Positions 1 through 12,469 of a DNA stretch of 64,000 nt are shown one piece after another. Position 1 is the first letter of the stretch. Each line of letters starts with the position of its first letter. The DNA is from an uncultured Clostridium sp. (GTDB taxonomy: Bacteria; Bacillota; Clostridia; TANB77; CAG-508): contig CANSII010000004.1 in assembly GCA_947646915.1 (NCBI GenBank), positions 3,214-67,213 on the forward strand, written 5' to 3'. The position numbers and the translations under genes were made by a program. Under the pieces are notes generated by a model, which was given only the letters and a program-made list of their open reading frames with translations, was not told the origin of the DNA and did no database searches.

Positions 1-542
1 ATTCCAGTTTCGTAGCGTTCTCTACGTCTTATTACTTTTTCGCCTATTAAATATCTTTGAAGTATTTCTCTTTCATTTTTATTCAGTTTTTCTTCACCTA
101 TTCCTAAATATTTGTATCTCCAAATAATATGTCTTTCATAGCTTGAAAACTTTGATTTATTTAAATCTTCATAATCATATTCAACTTTGAACTTAATTCC
201 TTCTATTATCATTGTAACATTTGTCCATGTTGATATTAATTCTTGTTTTTTAAATTCTTCTCTTAAATCTACTATTTTTTTAAAAAGTATATTTACTAAT
301 TTAAGATATTTTTTTTCATCTAAATTAAACTTATGTGGTATTTCATAGACATTAACAGGATTCTTTTTGAATATTCCCTTTGGAATATAATAAAAGAATA
401 ATTCACCTGTTTTTTGTCCATCTATTAAATCTGTAATAGAAGTATATAAATATAACTTTTCCCACTTTTCTGGAATAATATAGAACAATTTTCTTTGTAT
501 ATCCTCATACATATCTTTTATTTTCTTTGTATGGTTTAACAT
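1..542 (-). CDS. YezG/DUF600-like immunity-family protein, 3' end cut by window edge
   Basis: Not in the ORF track because it runs off the edge. Manual translation from ATG 542..540 (GAGG RBS at ~548..551) gives MLNHTKKIKDMYEDIQRKLFYIIPEKWEKLYLYTSITDL...GELFFYYIP...TWTNVTMII.. with no stop to position 1. The IPExWEKxYxY / FFYY pattern recalls the YezG family from memory. Confidence 0.45.
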   Translation of the reverse strand, partial: MLNHTKKIKDMYEDIQRKLFYIIPEKWEKLYLYTSITDLIDGQKTGELFFYYIPKGIFKKNPVNVYEIPHKFNLDEKKYLKLVNILFKKIVDLREEFKKQELISTWTNVTMIIEGIKFKVEYDYEDLNKSKFSSYERHIIWRYKYLGIGEEKLNKNEREILQRYLIGEKVIRRRERYETG

Positions 543-581
543 ATTTACCTCTATTCTTTGCTTTATTTAATAGTTAATTAT

Positions 582-2117
582 CTATTTAACTAATAAGCTT
601 TCTCCTGTCATTTCATTAGGTTTTTCTATTCCTATTAAATCAAGCATTGTTGGTGCTAAATCTGCTAATTTTCCATTTTCTTTTAATTTGATGTCTTTGT
701 TTTCTGTTATTAATATTATTGGGACAGGATTTGTTGTATGCGCTGTATGAGGTTCTCCTGTTTTATAATCTATCATTTGTTCAGCATTTCCATGGTCTGC
801 TGTTATAATTAAATTACCATTTTTGCTTTCTACTAATTCTACAACTTTGCCTACACATTCATCAACTGTTTCTACAGCTTTTATTGCAGCTTGTAAACTT
901 CCTGTATGTCCTACCATATCTGTATTGGCATAATTTAATATTATTACATCATATTTATCATTTTTAATGGCTTCACAAACTTTATCTGTCACTTCATATG
1001 CACTCATTTCTGGTTTCATATCATATGTTTCAACTTTTGGTGAAGGTACTAATATTCTGTCTTCTCCATTATATTGCTTTTCTTCTCCTCCATTAAAGAA
1101 AAATGTTACATGTGCATATTTTTCTGTTTCTGCTATTCTTAATTGTGTTAAATTATTATTAGCTACTACTTCTCCAAATGTATTTTTTATTGCTTCTTTT
1201 TTAAATGCAATTTCAACATTTGGCATTGTTTCATCATAGTTTGTAAAACATACATAATACAAATTCATTTTTTTTGTTTCAAAATCATTAAATTTTGGAT
1301 CTACTATAGCTCTTGTTATTTCTCTTGCTCTATCTGGTCTAAAGTTAAAAAATATTACAGAGTCATTTTCTTCTATTTTTGCTACTGGATCATTTCCATT
1401 GCATATTACTGTTGGTTCAACAAATTCATCAAATACTTCTTTTTGATATGAGTCTTCTATTGCTTTTATAACATCACCTGCTTTTTCACCTTCTCCATTT
1501 ACTAAAGCATTATAACATTTTTGGACTCTTTCCCATCTTTTGTCTCTATCCATTGCATAAAATCTTCCTGATAATGATGCTATTTTTCCAATTCCTTTTT
1601 CTTTTATTTTTTCTTGCAATTGTGATAAATAACTTTCTGCTGATGCTGGTGGTGTATCTCTTCCATCTAAGAAGCAATGTATATAAACATCTTCAAAGTC
1701 TCTTCTTTTCGCCATTTCTAATAATCCATATAAATGTCTAATATGACTATGAACTCCTCCATCTGATACTAGCCCTAAAATGTGTAATTTTGAGTTATTT
1801 TTTTTGCAGTTTTCTATTGCGTTTATAAATTCAGGTATGCTAAAAAAGTCTCCATCTTCTATTGATTTTGTTATTCTTGTTAATTCTTGATATACTATTC
1901 TTCCTGCTCCTATATTTGTATGCCCTACTTCTGAGTTTCCCATTTGTCCTTCTGGTAATCCTACTTGTAGTCCACTTGTATATATGTCTGTACTAGGATA
2001 TTTCTTCATTAGTTTATCTATATTAGGTGTTTTTGCAAGTTTTATTGCGTTTCCGTCTTGATTTTTGTTGTCTCCAAATCCATCTAATATCATTAGCATA
2101 GTTAGTTTTTTATTCAT
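582..2117 (-). CDS. gpmI: 2,3-bisphosphoglycerate-independent phosphoglycerate mutase
   Basis: ORF 582..2123. Motifs [43 protein letters not shown] at 2127..2131 fits ATG 2117 better than 2123. Operon with pgk and tpiA. Confidence 0.95.
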   Translation of the reverse strand: MNKKLTMLMILDGFGDNKNQDGNAIKLAKTPNIDKLMKKYPSTDIYTSGLQVGLPEGQMGNSEVGHTNIGAGRIVYQELTRITKSIEDGDFFSIPEFINAIENCKKNNSKLHILGLVSDGGVHSHIRHLYGLLEMAKRRDFEDVYIHCFLDGRDTPPASAESYLSQLQEKIKEKGIGKIASLSGRFYAMDRDKRWERVQKCYNALVNGEGEKAGDVIKAIEDSYQKEVFDEFVEPTVICNGNDPVAKIEENDSVIFFNFRPDRAREITRAIVDPKFNDFETKKMNLYYVCFTNYDETMPNVEIAFKKEAIKNTFGEVVANNNLTQLRIAETEKYAHVTFFFNGGEEKQYNGEDRILVPSPKVETYDMKPEMSAYEVTDKVCEAIKNDKYDVIILNYANTDMVGHTGSLQAAIKAVETVDECVGKVVELVESKNGNLIITADHGNAEQMIDYKTGEPHTAHTTNPVPIILITENKDIKLKENGKLADLAPTMLDLIGIEKPNEMTGESLLVK

Positions 2118-2162
2118 TTTCATTAACCTCCATTTTTACAACCTCTATTTTACTAACTTACT

Positions 2163-2915
2163 TTATTTATCAAAGTTTACTATTTTTTCAAATTCTTCTG
2201 TTTTTAAGCTTGCTCCTCCAACTAAGCCACCATCTATATCTGACATTTCAAACAATTCTTTTGCATTTGAGCTTTTTACACTTCCTCCATATTGGATTAT
2301 AACTTTTTCTGCTACATTTTCCCCATATGTTTCTGCTATTTTATTTCTTATTGCTTTTATACTATTATTTGCATCTTCTGCAGTTGCTGTTTTTCCTGTA
2401 CCTATAGCCCATATCGGCTCATATGCTATTATTGTTTTTTCAACTTGTTCATTTGATAATCCTTCTAATGCTAATTCAACTTGTTTTGTGATTATTTCTT
2501 CTGTTTTGTTTGCTTCTTTTTGTTCTAATGTTTCTCCTACACATACTATTGGTTTTAGTTCATTTGAAAATGCTGTTTTTATTTTTTTATTTATTGTTTC
2601 ATCTGTTTCATTAAAGTATTGTCTTCTTTCTGAGTGTCCTATTATTACATATTCAACTCCTATTGATTTTAACATTTTTGCAGATACTTCCCCAGTATAT
2701 GCACCTTTTTCTTCATAATGCATATTTTGTGCTCCTATTTTTAGGTTTGTTCCTTGTACATTTAATAAGGCATAAAATAGGTCTGTGTATGGTACACATA
2801 ATATTACTTCGTTTTCTGTATCTTTTACTAATGGTGTAAATTTTTCAATAAATTCTATTGTTTCATTTGGAAGCATATTCATCTTCCAATTTCCAGCAAT
2901 TACTTTTCTTCTCAT
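2163..2915 (-). CDS. tpiA: triosephosphate isomerase
   Basis: Motifs AGNWKMN, IIGHSERR, YEPIWAIGTGKTAT. Start moved to ATG 2915, preceded by GGGAGG (2921..2926). The ORF-track extension to 3017 is a non-coding 5' tail. Confidence 0.95.
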   Translation of the reverse strand: MRRKVIAGNWKMNMLPNETIEFIEKFTPLVKDTENEVILCVPYTDLFYALLNVQGTNLKIGAQNMHYEEKGAYTGEVSAKMLKSIGVEYVIIGHSERRQYFNETDETINKKIKTAFSNELKPIVCVGETLEQKEANKTEEIITKQVELALEGLSNEQVEKTIIAYEPIWAIGTGKTATAEDANNSIKAIRNKIAETYGENVAEKVIIQYGGSVKSSNAKELFEMSDIDGGLVGGASLKTEEFEKIVNFDK

Positions 2916-3027
2916 AAAATCCTCCCTTCTCATCGTTTCGATCTTTGTTATTTTTTTATTTAAGTTCTTTTTTTTTAAGCATATTAATTCTTTCATCAAA
3001 TTTATCCCATTTAACAAAAGTATAATT

Positions 3028-4212
3028 TTATTTATCTTGTAAGCATTCTATTCCTGGCAATTTCTTACCTTCTAAAAATTCAAGTGATGCTCCTCCACCT
3101 GTAGATATATGTGTCATTTTATCTGATAATCCTGCTTTTTCTACAGCTGCTCCTGAGTCTCCTCCTCCTATTATTGTTGTTGCATCTAATTCAGCTAATT
3201 CTTTTGCAATAGCATTTGTTCCTACTGCAAATTGATCAAATTCAAATAATCCAACTGGTCCATTCCATATTACTGTTTTTGCATTTTTTAATTCTTTTTT
3301 AAACATTTCAATTGTTTTTTCTCCAATGTCAAATCCTTCCCAATCATCAGGAATTTCTGTCCATGCAACTGTTTTACTTTCTGTATCTGGTTTAAATTCT
3401 TTTCCAACCTTTGTATCTACTGGTAATAGCAGTTTTACTCCTTTTTGTTTTGCTTTTTCCATTGCTTCTAATGCAAGATTAATTTTATCTACTTCACATA
3501 GTGAATTTCCTACATTATATCCTTGTGCTTTAAAAAATGTATATGCCATTCCTCCACCTATCATTAATGTATCAACTTTGTCTAATAAACTATCTATTAC
3601 TCCTATTTTGTCTGATACTTTTGCTCCTCCAAGTATTGCCATAAATGGTCTTTCTGGATTATTTATTGCATCTCCTAATACTTTTAATTCTTTTTCTATT
3701 AAAAATCCAGATACTGCTGGTATATATTCCGCAATTCCTGCTGTTGAAGCATGTGCTCTATGTGCTGCTCCAAATGCGTCATTTACAAAAATTTCTGCCA
3801 TTGTTGCTAATTCTTTTGCAAATTGTGGTTCATTATCTGTTTCTTCTCTATGGAATCTTACATTTTCAAGTAGTACTATTTCTCCTTCTTTTAAATTTGC
3901 TACTTTATTTTTGGCATCTTCTCCTATTACATCATTTGCCATTATTACTTCTTTTCCCAATAATTTTGATAATTCTTTTGCTACTGGTTTTAATGAATAT
4001 TCTGGTTTTACTTCTCCTTTTGGTCTTCCTAAGTGTGATGCTAATATTATTTTACAGTTTTGTTCTAATAAATATTTTATCGTTGGTAATGCTGCAACTA
4101 TTCTTGTATTGTCTGTTATGTTTTTGTTTTCGTCCATTGGTACATTAAAGTCACATCTTACAAATACTTTCTTTCCTTTTAATTCAATGTCTTTTACAGT
4201 TTTTTTATTCAT
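3028..4212 (-). CDS. pgk: phosphoglycerate kinase
   Basis: 394 aa. Motifs [39 protein letters not shown]. Directly upstream of tpiA. Confidence 0.97.
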   Translation of the reverse strand: MNKKTVKDIELKGKKVFVRCDFNVPMDENKNITDNTRIVAALPTIKYLLEQNCKIILASHLGRPKGEVKPEYSLKPVAKELSKLLGKEVIMANDVIGEDAKNKVANLKEGEIVLLENVRFHREETDNEPQFAKELATMAEIFVNDAFGAAHRAHASTAGIAEYIPAVSGFLIEKELKVLGDAINNPERPFMAILGGAKVSDKIGVIDSLLDKVDTLMIGGGMAYTFFKAQGYNVGNSLCEVDKINLALEAMEKAKQKGVKLLLPVDTKVGKEFKPDTESKTVAWTEIPDDWEGFDIGEKTIEMFKKELKNAKTVIWNGPVGLFEFDQFAVGTNAIAKELAELDATTIIGGGDSGAAVEKAGLSDKMTHISTGGGASLEFLEGKKLPGIECLQDK

Positions 4213-4649
4213 TTTTAATCTTCCTTTCTTGGGAATAGAATTTTCGCTTTTTCCCCTTTTATTTTATTAGCTTTTCCAATTTTTTTTAGATAATTCCATT
4301 CTATACCAAAAAAGAATACTTTTCAAGTATTCTTTTAATATTTTCAAAATGTTTAAAATTAAACCCTTGATATTTATTACGATAAAATAGTATAATAGTA
4401 TTGGAGATTGATCTATCTAAGGTCTTAGCAGGTTTCTTTGAAAAGATAGTGATTTTTATACATAATCGCAAGATATTGAAATCATTATAGATAATTACAT
4501 AGACATACATAATTATAATAGTACTGATACAATAGAATTTATATCAAATAACCTTGTTTCTTCCATTATTTTTACCTCTTTTCTACACATAAATTAACTC
4601 CTTTAGTATCATTTCATCAGTAGAATTCTAAATATTATTCATAAGTCCA

Positions 4650-4772
4650 ACACATTTTAATGTGTCTCTACAATATCAATTTTCAGTATCTTAAACGCCT
4701 TGGAAAACGGAACTGCAAAATATATATCTTTTTTCTAAATATTATATTTTTGCAAAAAACCGAAACTTAAAT
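4650..4772 (+). repeat. Intergenic core-hairpin repeat, copy 1 (3' half of core plus O-type right arm)
   Basis: AATGTGTCTCTACAATATCAATTTTCAGTATCTTAAACGCCTTGGAAAACGGAACTG, then ATATATATCTTTTTTCTAAATATTATATTTTTGCAAAAAACCGAAACTTAA. Matches the copies at 28117 and 62431. Confidence 0.8.
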
Positions 4773-4847
4773 TTAATTTCTACTTGAATTTATTTCATTT
4801 TTATTATACTATATATAAAATAAAAATAGTAATTATGGGAGGTTAAT

Positions 4848-5642
4848 ATGCCAAAATTAACAAAAGAAAAAGAAGTTCTAAATAATACAAAAAAGAAATC
4901 AACTGCAAAAATAAATTCATCTTCTAAAACCACAAAAAAAGTGTCTAATTCAAATAAATCTAATTCAAAAAATCTTAAAAATAACTCAACAAAATCTACT
5001 AAAAGAGATACAATAAAAAAAGCAAAATCATCTACAAAGAAAAATAATTCTATTGTTGAATATTATGATTTACCATACAGGTATAATCAAACTATTGTAA
5101 AAATATTATCACAAACACCAAAATCATTATTTGTTTACTGGGATATTTCTGATGAAGATAGAGAAAACTATAAATTACAATTTGGAGAAAATTTTTTTGA
5201 AAATACAAAACCTGTGCTTATTATCTATAATGACACTTTGCACTACAGTTTTGAAGTTGATATAAATGATTTTGCAAATAGTTGGTATTTACATGTAAAT
5301 GATAGTAAATCTGATTATAGAATTGAACTTGGAAGACGCCCAATAAATAATAATGAAAAAATAGAAAAAAAATATGTTTATATAACATCTTCAAATAGAA
5401 TTGAAGCTCCAAATGATCACATTTTGTTCAATAAAGATCAAAAAATGATTTATTTTAGAAATGTAAAAACTAATCAAGAAACAAAAAAGTCAGTTTCTAA
5501 TTTGTCTTTTATTAGAAATATGGGTAAAATTTATAATATTTATGATTTATATAAAAAGATTTATAAAAATGAAAATGTAGAAGAAATTTATGATTTATCA
5601 AATCCATCATCACATCCATCTTCTCAACTTAACAATATATGA
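4848..5642 (+). CDS. DUF4912-like protein with K/S/N-rich N-terminus
   Basis: 264 aa, RBS GGGAGG before the ATG. The segment DLPYRYNQTIVKILSQTPKSLFVYWDISDED resembles DUF4912, which commonly precedes GH57 branching enzymes (from memory). Confidence 0.6.
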   Translation: MPKLTKEKEVLNNTKKKSTAKINSSSKTTKKVSNSNKSNSKNLKNNSTKSTKRDTIKKAKSSTKKNNSIVEYYDLPYRYNQTIVKILSQTPKSLFVYWDISDEDRENYKLQFGENFFENTKPVLIIYNDTLHYSFEVDINDFANSWYLHVNDSKSDYRIELGRRPINNNEKIEKKYVYITSSNRIEAPNDHILFNKDQKMIYFRNVKTNQETKKSVSNLSFIRNMGKIYNIYDLYKKIYKNENVEEIYDLSNPSSHPSSQLNNI

Positions 5643-5661
5643 TATCGAAGGGAGAATTAAA

Positions 5662-7248
5662 ATGCAACAAAAAAAGGGCTATGTAAGTTTTGTATTACAT
5701 GCACATCTTCCATTTATACATCATCCCGAAAGTGATGATTATTTAGAAGAATCATGGTTATATGAAGCTATCTCAGAAACATATATACCATTACTTACAA
5801 ATTTTAAAAAATTAGTTGATGAAGGTGTTAAATTTAGAATTACAATGTCTATTACTCCTCCTCTTCTATCCATGCTAGACAATAAACTTTTACAGAAAAA
5901 ATATATCAAATATTTAAAAAAATTAATTGAACTTTCAGAAAAAGAAGTTAAAAGAACTATTAAAGATAAAGAATTAAATAAATTATCACACTATTACCTT
6001 GATAGATATTCAAATGATTTACATTTATTTAAAGATGTTTATAAATGTGATTTAATCAGTCAATTTAAGCATTTTCAAGACATTGGAGTTTTAGAAATAA
6101 TCACATGTGGTGCAACACATGGTTATTTTCCTATATTATATGTAAATGAAAAAACTGTAAAAGCACAGATTGCTGTTGGTGTTAAAACATATGAAAAATA
6201 TTTTGGAAAAAAACCTCGTGGAATTTGGTTACCTGAATGTGGATATGTTCCTGAAGCTGATAAATATCTAAAAGAATTTGGTATAGAATATATAATAACA
6301 GAGTCACATGGAATTTTATATGCAGATCCTACACCTATATATGGAACATTTTCTCCTATTGTATCTCCTGAAGGTGTAATCGCATTTGGTCGTGATATTG
6401 AATCTTCAAGACAAGTATGGAGTTCAATAAATGGTTACCCTGGTGATTTTAATTATAGAGAGTTTTATCGTGATATTGGTTATGAAGCTGATTATGATTA
6501 TATAAAACCATATATTGCACACAATGGAGTTAGAGTTCATACTGGAATTAAATATCATAGAATTACTGGAAAAACCGAGTATAAAGAATATTATAATCTT
6601 AAATGGGCTATGGATTCTGCAGAAAAACAAGCAGGTCATTTTTTAGATTGTAGAACAAATCAAATTAATGATTTAGCAAAATATATGGATAAGCCTCCAA
6701 TAATCTTATGTCCTTATGATGCTGAACTTTATGGCCATTGGTGGTATGAAGGTCCATATTGGCTGTATATATTATTTAAAAAAATTTATTATGATGATTG
6801 TAATTTTGAATTGATAACACCTTCAGAATATATAGATAAATATCCTGAAATACAAGTATGTTCCCCTTGTCGTTCTAGTTGGGGTGCAAATGGATATAGT
6901 GAAGTATGGCTTAACCCATCAAATGATTATGCTCACAGGCATTTACATATTGCTGGTGATAGAATGTGTGAATTGGCTTATTTATATCCAAATGCAAAAG
7001 TTTTAAAGAAAAAAGCCTTAAATCAATGTGCTAGAGAATTATTACTAGCACAAAGTAGTGATTGGCTATTTATTATTACAAATGGTACAATGGTTGATTA
7101 TGCTAAAAAGCGTATTAAAGATCACATTGGTAGATTTACAAAATTATATAATCAAATAAAAAAAGATGAAATTGATGAAGAATTTTTAAAAGACATATCT
7201 AAAAAAGATTGTGTATTTTCTGATATAGATTACAATATTTATAATTAG
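5662..7248 (+). CDS. GH57-family 1,4-alpha-glucan branching enzyme (DUF1957 type)
   Basis: N-terminus MQQKKGYVSFVLHAHLPFIHHPE, plus CPYDAELYGHWWYEGPYWL and SSDWLFII motifs. Start set at ATG 5662 (RBS GAAGGGAGA); the ORF-track start at 5590 overlaps the upstream gene. Confidence 0.85.
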   Translation: MQQKKGYVSFVLHAHLPFIHHPESDDYLEESWLYEAISETYIPLLTNFKKLVDEGVKFRITMSITPPLLSMLDNKLLQKKYIKYLKKLIELSEKEVKRTIKDKELNKLSHYYLDRYSNDLHLFKDVYKCDLISQFKHFQDIGVLEIITCGATHGYFPILYVNEKTVKAQIAVGVKTYEKYFGKKPRGIWLPECGYVPEADKYLKEFGIEYIITESHGILYADPTPIYGTFSPIVSPEGVIAFGRDIESSRQVWSSINGYPGDFNYREFYRDIGYEADYDYIKPYIAHNGVRVHTGIKYHRITGKTEYKEYYNLKWAMDSAEKQAGHFLDCRTNQINDLAKYMDKPPIILCPYDAELYGHWWYEGPYWLYILFKKIYYDDCNFELITPSEYIDKYPEIQVCSPCRSSWGANGYSEVWLNPSNDYAHRHLHIAGDRMCELAYLYPNAKVLKKKALNQCARELLLAQSSDWLFIITNGTMVDYAKKRIKDHIGRFTKLYNQIKKDEIDEEFLKDISKKDCVFSDIDYNIYN

Positions 7249-7258
7249 AATTAATTTA

Positions 7259-7402
7259 GCCTAATAATATGAATTTTCAAAAATCCCGTTCTCCAAGGCG
7301 TTTAAAATAGTAAAAACTCAAAGTAAATAGACACACTATAACGGATTAAAGTAAATAACGACTCATAGTCGAACTCATTTTTTCAAATTAATATTATTAG
7401 GC
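7259..7402 (-). repeat. Intergenic core-hairpin repeat, copy 2 (complete, P-type arms)
   Basis: GCCTAATAATATGAATTTTCAAAAA ... core in reverse orientation ... TTTTTTCAAATTAATATTATTAGGC. The arms form a perfect-to-near-perfect terminal inverted repeat. Confidence 0.85.
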
Positions 7403-7538
7403 TTTAATTAATTTTATTTTTTCATTTATAATCATTACTGTTTTTTTCTTAAGTCAAGCTCCTTTTTTAGTAATCTGCATATTATAATGTATAACTTTTG
7501 GAAATTTAGTAGATACTAATATGGAGGGGAGAAAATTC

Positions 7539-8399
7539 ATGAAATCAATTTGTATAAAAACTAATAATTCAAATTTACTTGATTATCTACTAAATGAGCT
7601 TGATTATATTGATCTAGATCATATCTATATTTCCCAAAAACAATTTAGGCATTATAAAAACATAATTATACATTATAAGGGTACTAATGACATAGCTTTT
7701 ATACATGAACTTTCTTGTATTTTGTCCTGTTTAATAATTGACGAAATTGAAGAAAATCTTTTAAAGAAGTTAATTAATCAAAATTACTTTTATTTTGAAT
7801 CATTAGAAAAAAAGAAAATTCTAAATATGTGTTTTGAAATTTTCGCAGATGATTTTAATAAATATTTTGATATTAAATACTCTAATTTAATAAAATTATT
7901 TTCATCATATTTGTCGGATAATAAATCAATTATTCTTTCTGGTTTTATTAATTTTAGAATTAAAGATTATATTAAAATCTTAGAAAATGTTGTTGATGAG
8001 GCTGTAAGTAGTTATGTTATCGAAAAAGAATATTTTGAATTTGTTTCTCTTTTAAAGATGTATATTTCTTCTCAGCCTTGCAATCTTGATATTGTGCATC
8101 TAATATATACTAGCGAAAATTCTATTTTGTTAGATTCAGATAAAAATATTATTAATGTTTCTGATGACATTTTTAAAGCAAAATATTTGTCTGATATCAC
8201 TTTTTCTTCAAATGATTATGCTTTAAATGGATTACTAACTCTTATTCCTAAAAAAATTTATATCCATATTATTGATAATTCTGTTGACGAATTTATTCAT
8301 ACATTAAGTCTTATATTTGAAGATAGAGTTGAAATATGCTCAGATTGTAACATTTGTAAAATTTATAAAAAAACTAAAACGAAAAACACATTTATATAA
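7539..8399 (+). CDS. ytxC: putative sporulation protein YtxC
   Basis: ~286 aa. GGAGGGGAG RBS before ATG 7539. Size and the LSGFINFRIKDY / EYFEFVSLLK pattern resemble the YtxC family (memory-based). Confidence 0.5.
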   Translation: MKSICIKTNNSNLLDYLLNELDYIDLDHIYISQKQFRHYKNIIIHYKGTNDIAFIHELSCILSCLIIDEIEENLLKKLINQNYFYFESLEKKKILNMCFEIFADDFNKYFDIKYSNLIKLFSSYLSDNKSIILSGFINFRIKDYIKILENVVDEAVSSYVIEKEYFEFVSLLKMYISSQPCNLDIVHLIYTSENSILLDSDKNIINVSDDIFKAKYLSDITFSSNDYALNGLLTLIPKKIYIHIIDNSVDEFIHTLSLIFEDRVEICSDCNICKIYKKTKTKNTFI

Positions 8400-8400
8400 C

Positions 8401-8422
8401 GTCCATTTGGGACGTTTTTTTG
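8401..8422 (+). terminator. Rho-independent terminator after ytxC
   Basis: CGTCC-ATTTG-GGACG followed by TTTTTTT, immediately after the stop codon. Confidence 0.6.
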
Positions 8423-8510
8423 GACATTAATTAGTAATAATTCTATAAATTTTGAATAGATATAATATATATAGCTATACCTAAGACAAGAGAAAGGAAT
8501 AAGAATATAT

Positions 8511-9714
8511 ATGTTTAATGTTACAGTTTTAAGAATGAAAGATTTAGTAAAATATCTTATAGGATTTACATTAACAATATGTGTTGTTATATATAGTATA
8601 AAATATTTTTCAAATATAACAGGAAAATCAAATGAGAATAATAAGATAAGTAAAAATTTAAGTAGTTTATCAACAAAAAGCTTTACAGAATGTTTAGATA
8701 AGACAGTTCCTGCAATGTCATCAATAAAAGAAGATCACAACAGTATAGAAGAGATAGAAGAACAAGATAAAACAAGCTTTCTACAACAAATATTGCAAAC
8801 TCAAATAAGTAGTATTAAAGGATTAGAGGAAGTTGAAAAAATTAGTAATACTAAAAAGGAAAAAGATTCAGAAGAAAATAAAACAAATGATAATGATCAA
8901 GATAAACAAGATGAAAATAATGAAAATAATAATGTTGAATTAGCTAAAACAGAGGGAATTCATACAGAAGTTGTAACACAAAATCCAATAAAAGAAAGTT
9001 TTAATGTTCAATATGGTAATGTAAAAATAAAAAATCAAACATCATATCAATTATCAGAAGATATGTTGATACCAAATATAAATATAGATAATAAAAATGT
9101 AATCATCTTTCATACACATAGTTGCGAAAGCTATACAGCAAGTGAACAATATCCATATACCCCAACAGGAAATTTTAGAAGCACAGATTTAAATTTTACA
9201 GTAACAAGAGTTGGAACTGAATTAACAAATTATTTAAATAAATATAATATAAGTGTAACTCATGATACTTCATATCATGATTATCCAGCATATAATGGTT
9301 CATATACACGTTCTTTAAATACTGTTGAAAATATTTTAAAAACTTACTCTTCAGATATTATAATAGATTTACATAGAGATGCAATAGGTTCAAGAGAAGA
9401 TTATGCTCCTACTGTAAAAATTGGTGAAGATTATGCTGCTCAGATAATGTTTGTTATTGGTACAAATGATGGTGGTTTATGGCATCCAAATTGGAATCAA
9501 AATTTGAAATTTGCAATAAAAGTTCAAGAAAAAGCTGAAGAGATGTTTCCTCGGTTTGTTTAAGCCTATTATGCTTACTACTTCTAGATATAATCAACAT
9601 ACTGGCAAATATGCTAATATTATTGAAGTTGGTTCTACTGGGAATACTTTGGAACAATGTTTAAATAGTATGAAATATTTATCAGCTGTTTTAAATCAAG
9701 TTATGACACAATAA
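8511..9714 (+). pseudogene. spoIIP: stage II sporulation protein P, interrupted by a single-base frameshift near 9552
   Basis: ORF 8511..9563 carries the SpoIIP core (IIFHTHSCESY, IIDLHRDA). The C-terminal part continues in the +1 frame to 9714 (KPIMLTTSRYNQHTGKYANIIEVGSTGNTLEQ). Deleting the C at ~9552 restores FPGLFKPIML. Confidence 0.8.
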
Positions 9715-9803
9715 TGTTCAAGAAGTCAGATGTTAGATGTTGAAAATTAGAAATAATCTAATAAATCCAACTTCTGACATCTGACTTCCTACATCTAAAC
9801 ATA

Positions 9804-11117
9804 TTACAAACTATCTAAATATTCTAGTACATTCAAGTTCTTATCATTAAAATTCATATAATAATATTTCTTACCAGAACGAATTGTCATATATACATCA
9901 TCTAGAACAACAGCGCAAAGCTTTTTTCCAGAAGAATTTATTAAAGTATATTTCTTATTTTTACAAGCAACAACAACATTATAATCTGGAATAAGTAATA
10001 AATTAATTGCATCTTTATTACTTGAAGCTATATATCCAAAACTATCATATTCAAAATCAGCAATCATATTTCCATTTTTATCAAATAATCCCCATAATTT
10101 ACCCTGTTTTACAGGAATTAGATTATTTACTAAAACATATTTATTTTTTATATCATTTTGAGCAAACTTAGTATTATCAATACCTATTTCATCATACTCA
10201 ATATATAATTTTATATTTCCCTTTGAATCCATAATTCCATATTTTCTATCTTTCTCAACTAAAAATAGATCTAAATCACTATCTATTAATTTCAAGTCAT
10301 CATATAAAATTTGAATCTTAGTTTCTCTTTTAGCAGACATAAGCCCTACTTTTCCATCACTCTCAACCAAAAAATCTCCCATATTTGGAATAAATTCTAT
10401 GTTATCATATTTTGCTTCAAGTACTACATTTCCTTTTAAATCAATAACTCCAAAAACATTGTTTTTCTCTTTTTCTACAATTAACATATTATTTAATATA
10501 GCCTTTTGATTATTAAATTCATTATTAATTTTTTCATATCCATTATCTAAGGCCATAGTATTATAGCTTTCTACTAAATATGGCATTGTATATATAACAA
10601 CCCTTTTATTATTTACATCATATTGAAATGATACATTAAATGCTAGTTCTAATCCTTCTGATGTTGTATACAATACTCCATTCATTGCCTTTACTGGTTT
10701 AGAAGTATAATAATAATCATAGTTTAAATCTTTATTTGATGTTAGTAACTTATATATTTTATTAGAATTTAAAGAAAAATTGGCAATTTCGTTACTGCAT
10801 TCAACATAGCATTTACTTGTGTCTTCAGATTTATTTGAATATTCACCATTATAACTTTTATATCCTAAATATGAAGCTACCTCTTTTATTGGGAAATATA
10901 CTGTACCATCATCTTCTATTACCATCATTTCTTTTACTTTGTCATTTTGCTTTCCATCAATATATAACATTAATGTATTATTTTTCATATATACTATAGT
11001 TACAATTATTCCAATTATTGCAACTAATAAAATCGCCATAACAATTATTATGATCCTTACTAATTTTTTTGAATTATCAGGCTTTTTTTCTTCAAAACTC
11101 TCATCTATTAAATTCAT
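9804..11117 (-). CDS. membrane-anchored WG-repeat protein
   Basis: 437 aa with an N-terminal TM (LVRIIIIVMAILLVAIIGIIVTIV). Repeated (K/V)(Y/F/W)G(I/L/V)(I/M/F)D.(K/N)GN motifs (VFGVIDLKGN, KYGIMDSKGN, LWGLFDKNGN) typical of WG-containing repeats. Confidence 0.6.
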   Translation of the reverse strand: MNLIDESFEEKKPDNSKKLVRIIIIVMAILLVAIIGIIVTIVYMKNNTLMLYIDGKQNDKVKEMMVIEDDGTVYFPIKEVASYLGYKSYNGEYSNKSEDTSKCYVECSNEIANFSLNSNKIYKLLTSNKDLNYDYYYTSKPVKAMNGVLYTTSEGLELAFNVSFQYDVNNKRVVIYTMPYLVESYNTMALDNGYEKINNEFNNQKAILNNMLIVEKEKNNVFGVIDLKGNVVLEAKYDNIEFIPNMGDFLVESDGKVGLMSAKRETKIQILYDDLKLIDSDLDLFLVEKDRKYGIMDSKGNIKLYIEYDEIGIDNTKFAQNDIKNKYVLVNNLIPVKQGKLWGLFDKNGNMIADFEYDSFGYIASSNKDAINLLLIPDYNVVVACKNKKYTLINSSGKKLCAVVLDDVYMTIRSGKKYYYMNFNDKNLNVLEYLDSL

Positions 11118-11152
11118 TTGTACTCAACTCCTAACATTTTTTATTCTACAAG

Positions 11153-12461
<1,309 letters not shown>

Positions 12462-12469
12462 TTATATGT

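Noticed and set aside
3326-4270. 314-aa plus-strand ORF (and 3645..4148) antisense to pgk.
   Set aside because: Low-complexity S/F/L/I-rich translation with no RBS. It lies fully inside a gene with unmistakable Pgk motifs on the other strand, a typical shadow ORF in AT-rich DNA.
4301-4510. 69-aa minus-strand ORF in the pgk upstream region.
   Set aside because: No RBS, odd composition, no similarity to the cggR or gap genes expected here. It lies in a repeat-containing intergenic region.
5590-5661. Upstream extension of the GH57 ORF, and similar 5' extensions of tpiA (to 3017), agrA (54685) and the spermidine-synthase-like gene (52130).
   Set aside because: The extensions overlap upstream genes or lack an RBS. 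Internal ATGs with good Shine-Dalgarno sequences give canonical family N-termini.
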